From assembly GCA_038087875.1 (NCBI GenBank), contig CM075991.1:10046001-10110000 (forward strand): DNA of 64,000 bases. Reading direction: 5' to 3'. The notes under the pieces were generated by a model that saw only the letters and a list, made by a program, of their open reading frames with translations, had not been told where the DNA came from and made no database searches. A program made the translations under genes and the position numbers. The stretch comes from Malacoraja senta. Lineage: Eukaryota. Shown here piece by piece: positions 61,230 through 64,000 of the stretch. Numbering within the stretch: position 1 is the first letter of the stretch; each line of letters opens with the position of its first letter.

Positions 61230-61670
61230 TAAGTTGGGAGTAGAATTAGGCCATTCGGCCCATCAAGTCTACCGTTCAATCATGGCTGATCCATCTTTCC
61301 CTCTCAACCCCATTCTCCTGCCTTCTCCCCATAACCCCAGACACCCGTACTAATCAAAAATCTATCTATCTCTGCCTTTGAAATATCCACTGTCTTGGCC
61401 TCCACAGCCGTCAGTGGCAATGAATTCCACAGATTCACCACCCTCTGACATCCTGTGGAATTCTCTGCCTCGGAGGGTGGTGGGGGCTGTTTCTCTGGAT
61501 GCTTTCAAGAGAGAGCTAGATAGGGCTCTTAAAAATAGCAGAGTCAGGGGATATGGGGAGAAGGCAGGAACGGGGTACTGATTGGGGATGATCAGCCATG
61601 ATCACATTGAATGGCGGTGCTGGCTCGAAGGGCCAAATGGCCTGCTCCTGCACCTATTGTCTATTGTCTA
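61230..61670. mobile_element. Two CR1 3' fragments in inverted orientation
   Basis: Minus-strand fragment to ~61449, then plus-strand LWNSLP...[10 protein letters not shown] plus tail. Confidence 0.8.
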
Positions 61671-62879
61671 TCCGACGTACCTTTATTTCCTGTTTTCCCG
61701 CTACTTCCAGCGTTCTTTGCTTTAGATTCCCTCTGCGTCTGCGTCGTTTCCTCGCCGGCTAAATCCATCAGGTCCAAGGAAGAGCGTTGCCCTGGGCTCT
61801 CCCTCCCTCTCTGGAGCAGAAGGCTTGCGGGCCGATTCTGGCCTGGTTCCTGGCAGCGCTTTTGTGGAGAGTGCGGTGGAGAATATTCATTCCATTAAAA
61901 GACAGGAAATTTTGACCGCACCCCTTCAATAAAAGCATAATGTATGGTCATACAGCATGGAAATAGGCCATTCGGCCCAACTTGCCCGGACCAAAAAAAA
62001 TGGGTGAAATACTAACTTTGAATCTGCAAAACTTTTATAAATTGCTGTTCAGAAATCCTGATGGTTTGTCATTTGGCTCAAGTTGTACCCATAGAGCCCA
62101 AAGAGCATGGAAACAGACCATTCGGCCCAACTCGTCCATGCCGACCCATTTGCCCGCATTTGGCCAATAATCTCACTAAACGTTTTTTATCCATGTACCA
62201 GTCCAAATGTCTTTTAAATGTTGTTTTAGTTCCTGCCTCAACTACCTCCTCTGGCACCTCGTTCCACATGCCCACCACATTCTGTGTGAAAAATGTTGCC
62301 CATCAGGCATTAAATCTTTCTCCTGTCACCTTAAACCTATGTCCTCTGGGTTAAAGACTCAAATCACCAATTTGTGGTCGACACTCCCACCCAATGGCGA
62401 ACTGCTGTCATTGCAGCCGGCCCCAATTTGCCACTCGATCCAATTCCCTGCATCCACCGTCTTCTAGTCTCTGTACATCTTCATTCCCCCCAGAAAGCAA
62501 GATCTTTCAGCCTTTCGTGCAACAAAAAGACAATTTACTCCCCAGCGTTCCGGGCAGAACCTGTTCTTACTTTAAACAATTCCAGGGAATCTAAACCTGG
62601 AGGGCACAGGTTTAAGGTGCAAGATTTAAGAGGTTAAAGAGAAAGATGTAATAGGACAAGTTCAACACTCAGAGGGTGTTTGGAACGAAATGCCAGGTTG
62701 CCAGCAATTGCAGTAGTGCACCACTGGGTGGGAGTGTCGACCACAAATTGAGTCATCCTTTAATTACAGCAGCGCACCACTGGGTGGGAGTTAGTTCAAT
62801 TGGGACTTTATTGTCCCAAGATACAGTGAAATACTTTCTTTAGGAGGTCGAATGCAAGGGCAAAACAAGGCATTGAAGA

Positions 62880-63480
62880 GTCAGCAAGCCATGATGCAGC
62901 TTCATAAAACTTTGGATAGGTCGAATTTGTGTGCAGATCAGGTCACCCCCATTGCAGGAAGGATTCCGAGGCTTGGGTGATGGCTGCAGCTGATGTTGCC
63001 TGGTTTAGAGGATATTATAAGGAGAGTTTTGGACTTGAAACTTGAATTGTTTTCTTTGGAACGGTTGAGGAGAGACCTGATCAAAGTATATTACATCATA
63101 AGAGGTGCAGTTAGAGTGGACAGTTATAATGTGTTTCCCAGAGTGGAAATGGCAAAGACGAGGGTTGAGATTTAAGGTCAAGGTCAAAGTCAAGTCCATT
63201 TTATTTGTCACACGCAGCTGAAGGTGTGTGCAGGAGATGCAGGGCGAGTTTTTTACACAGAGGCTGCTGGATGCCTGGAATGCGCTGCTGGGGGTGGTGG
63301 TGGTGGAGGCAGATACGACAGTGGTGTTTAAGAGGATTTACGACAGGCACATGGATATGCAGGGAACGGAGGGATATGGATGATATGCAGGCAGGAGAGA
63401 TTGGTTTAAATTACTATCGTGTTCAGCACAGAAATTATGGGCCGAAGGGCCTGTTCCGGTACTGTACTGTTCCATGTTCA
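62880..63480 (+). mobile_element. Decayed CR1-type LINE 3' region
   Basis: LELFSLERLRRDLIKVY...; degenerate 3' tail. Confidence 0.75.
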
Positions 63481-64000
63481 GTGATGATCCACTCCAGTTA
63501 TCCAGTAGCTCATGTCTAACAATGACCCGCGTATGTCAGCCAGAGCTCCCACTATCTCTTCCCAAGATTCCCACAGTGTCCTTGGATATATCTGATCAGG
63601 CCTGGGAAATTTGGTGACATTCGTACGCCTTAGGACTGTCCTCAAGACATCTTCAATGACTGTTCCAAGATTCCCAGTCTTCATTGTCTTTCTTCACAGA
63701 GGAGAAAGGACAAGTGGTCATCTCCTTCGACTCCACACAGAGTTGACCACTTTGCTTTCTTCGGGGCTAACACGCGGTCACGGAGAGAACGTGCAAACTC
63801 CGTACAGACAGCACCCGTAGTCGGGATCGAACCCGGGACTCCAGCGCTGTAACCTGCTGGAGTGGATGCTCATTGCCATCAAAACAGGATCACTTCTCTT
63901 CCGACGACATGCAATGCCATTGCCACAAGACCGACGGGGCCGCGTCCTGCAGGGGAAGCCACCGAGCCCCAAGGACCAGAGAACCGGAGAGGAGGGGGAC

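Noticed and set aside
61680..61900. GnRH1 exon (syntenic expectation; weak 'EET' resemblance)
   Set aside because: I found no QHWS decapeptide or GKR site in the window, and the similarity is too weak.
62368..62750. ~30-bp inverted repeat as an intact MITE
   Set aside because: There is no clear TSD, the interior includes LINE debris, and I saw no second full copy in the window.

Overview
Vertebrate genomic DNA, most likely a skate or ray (inferred from the HE1-type tRNA SINEs and CR1/HER1-, Rex1- and Penelope-type repeats). There is a 200-N assembly gap at 34326-34525. Two divergently oriented multi-exon genes were reconstructed by hand from splice sites and reading phase. (1) CDCA2/Repo-Man, minus strand, coding exons ~30959 to 11207, ~1310 aa. 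It has the KVTF PP1-binding domain and the LSPIxE motif, plus upstream exons resembling a degenerate Ki-67 FHA domain. (2) A divergent SEC24C/D-family COPII subunit, plus strand, ~36295-60212, ~914 aa. It has altered cargo-site residues, two GC-AG introns and one apparent 1-nt frameshift. The most striking non-coding observation is a ~125-nt TSD-flanked retroposon (two copies) whose head folds as a minimal HDV/CPEB3-like ribozyme. Also present: many Penelope-derived hammerhead-like motifs, Harbinger-type MITEs, a Helitron-like element carrying minisatellites, and a foldback structure in a CDCA2 intron. All homology statements rest on recalled motifs, not on database searches.
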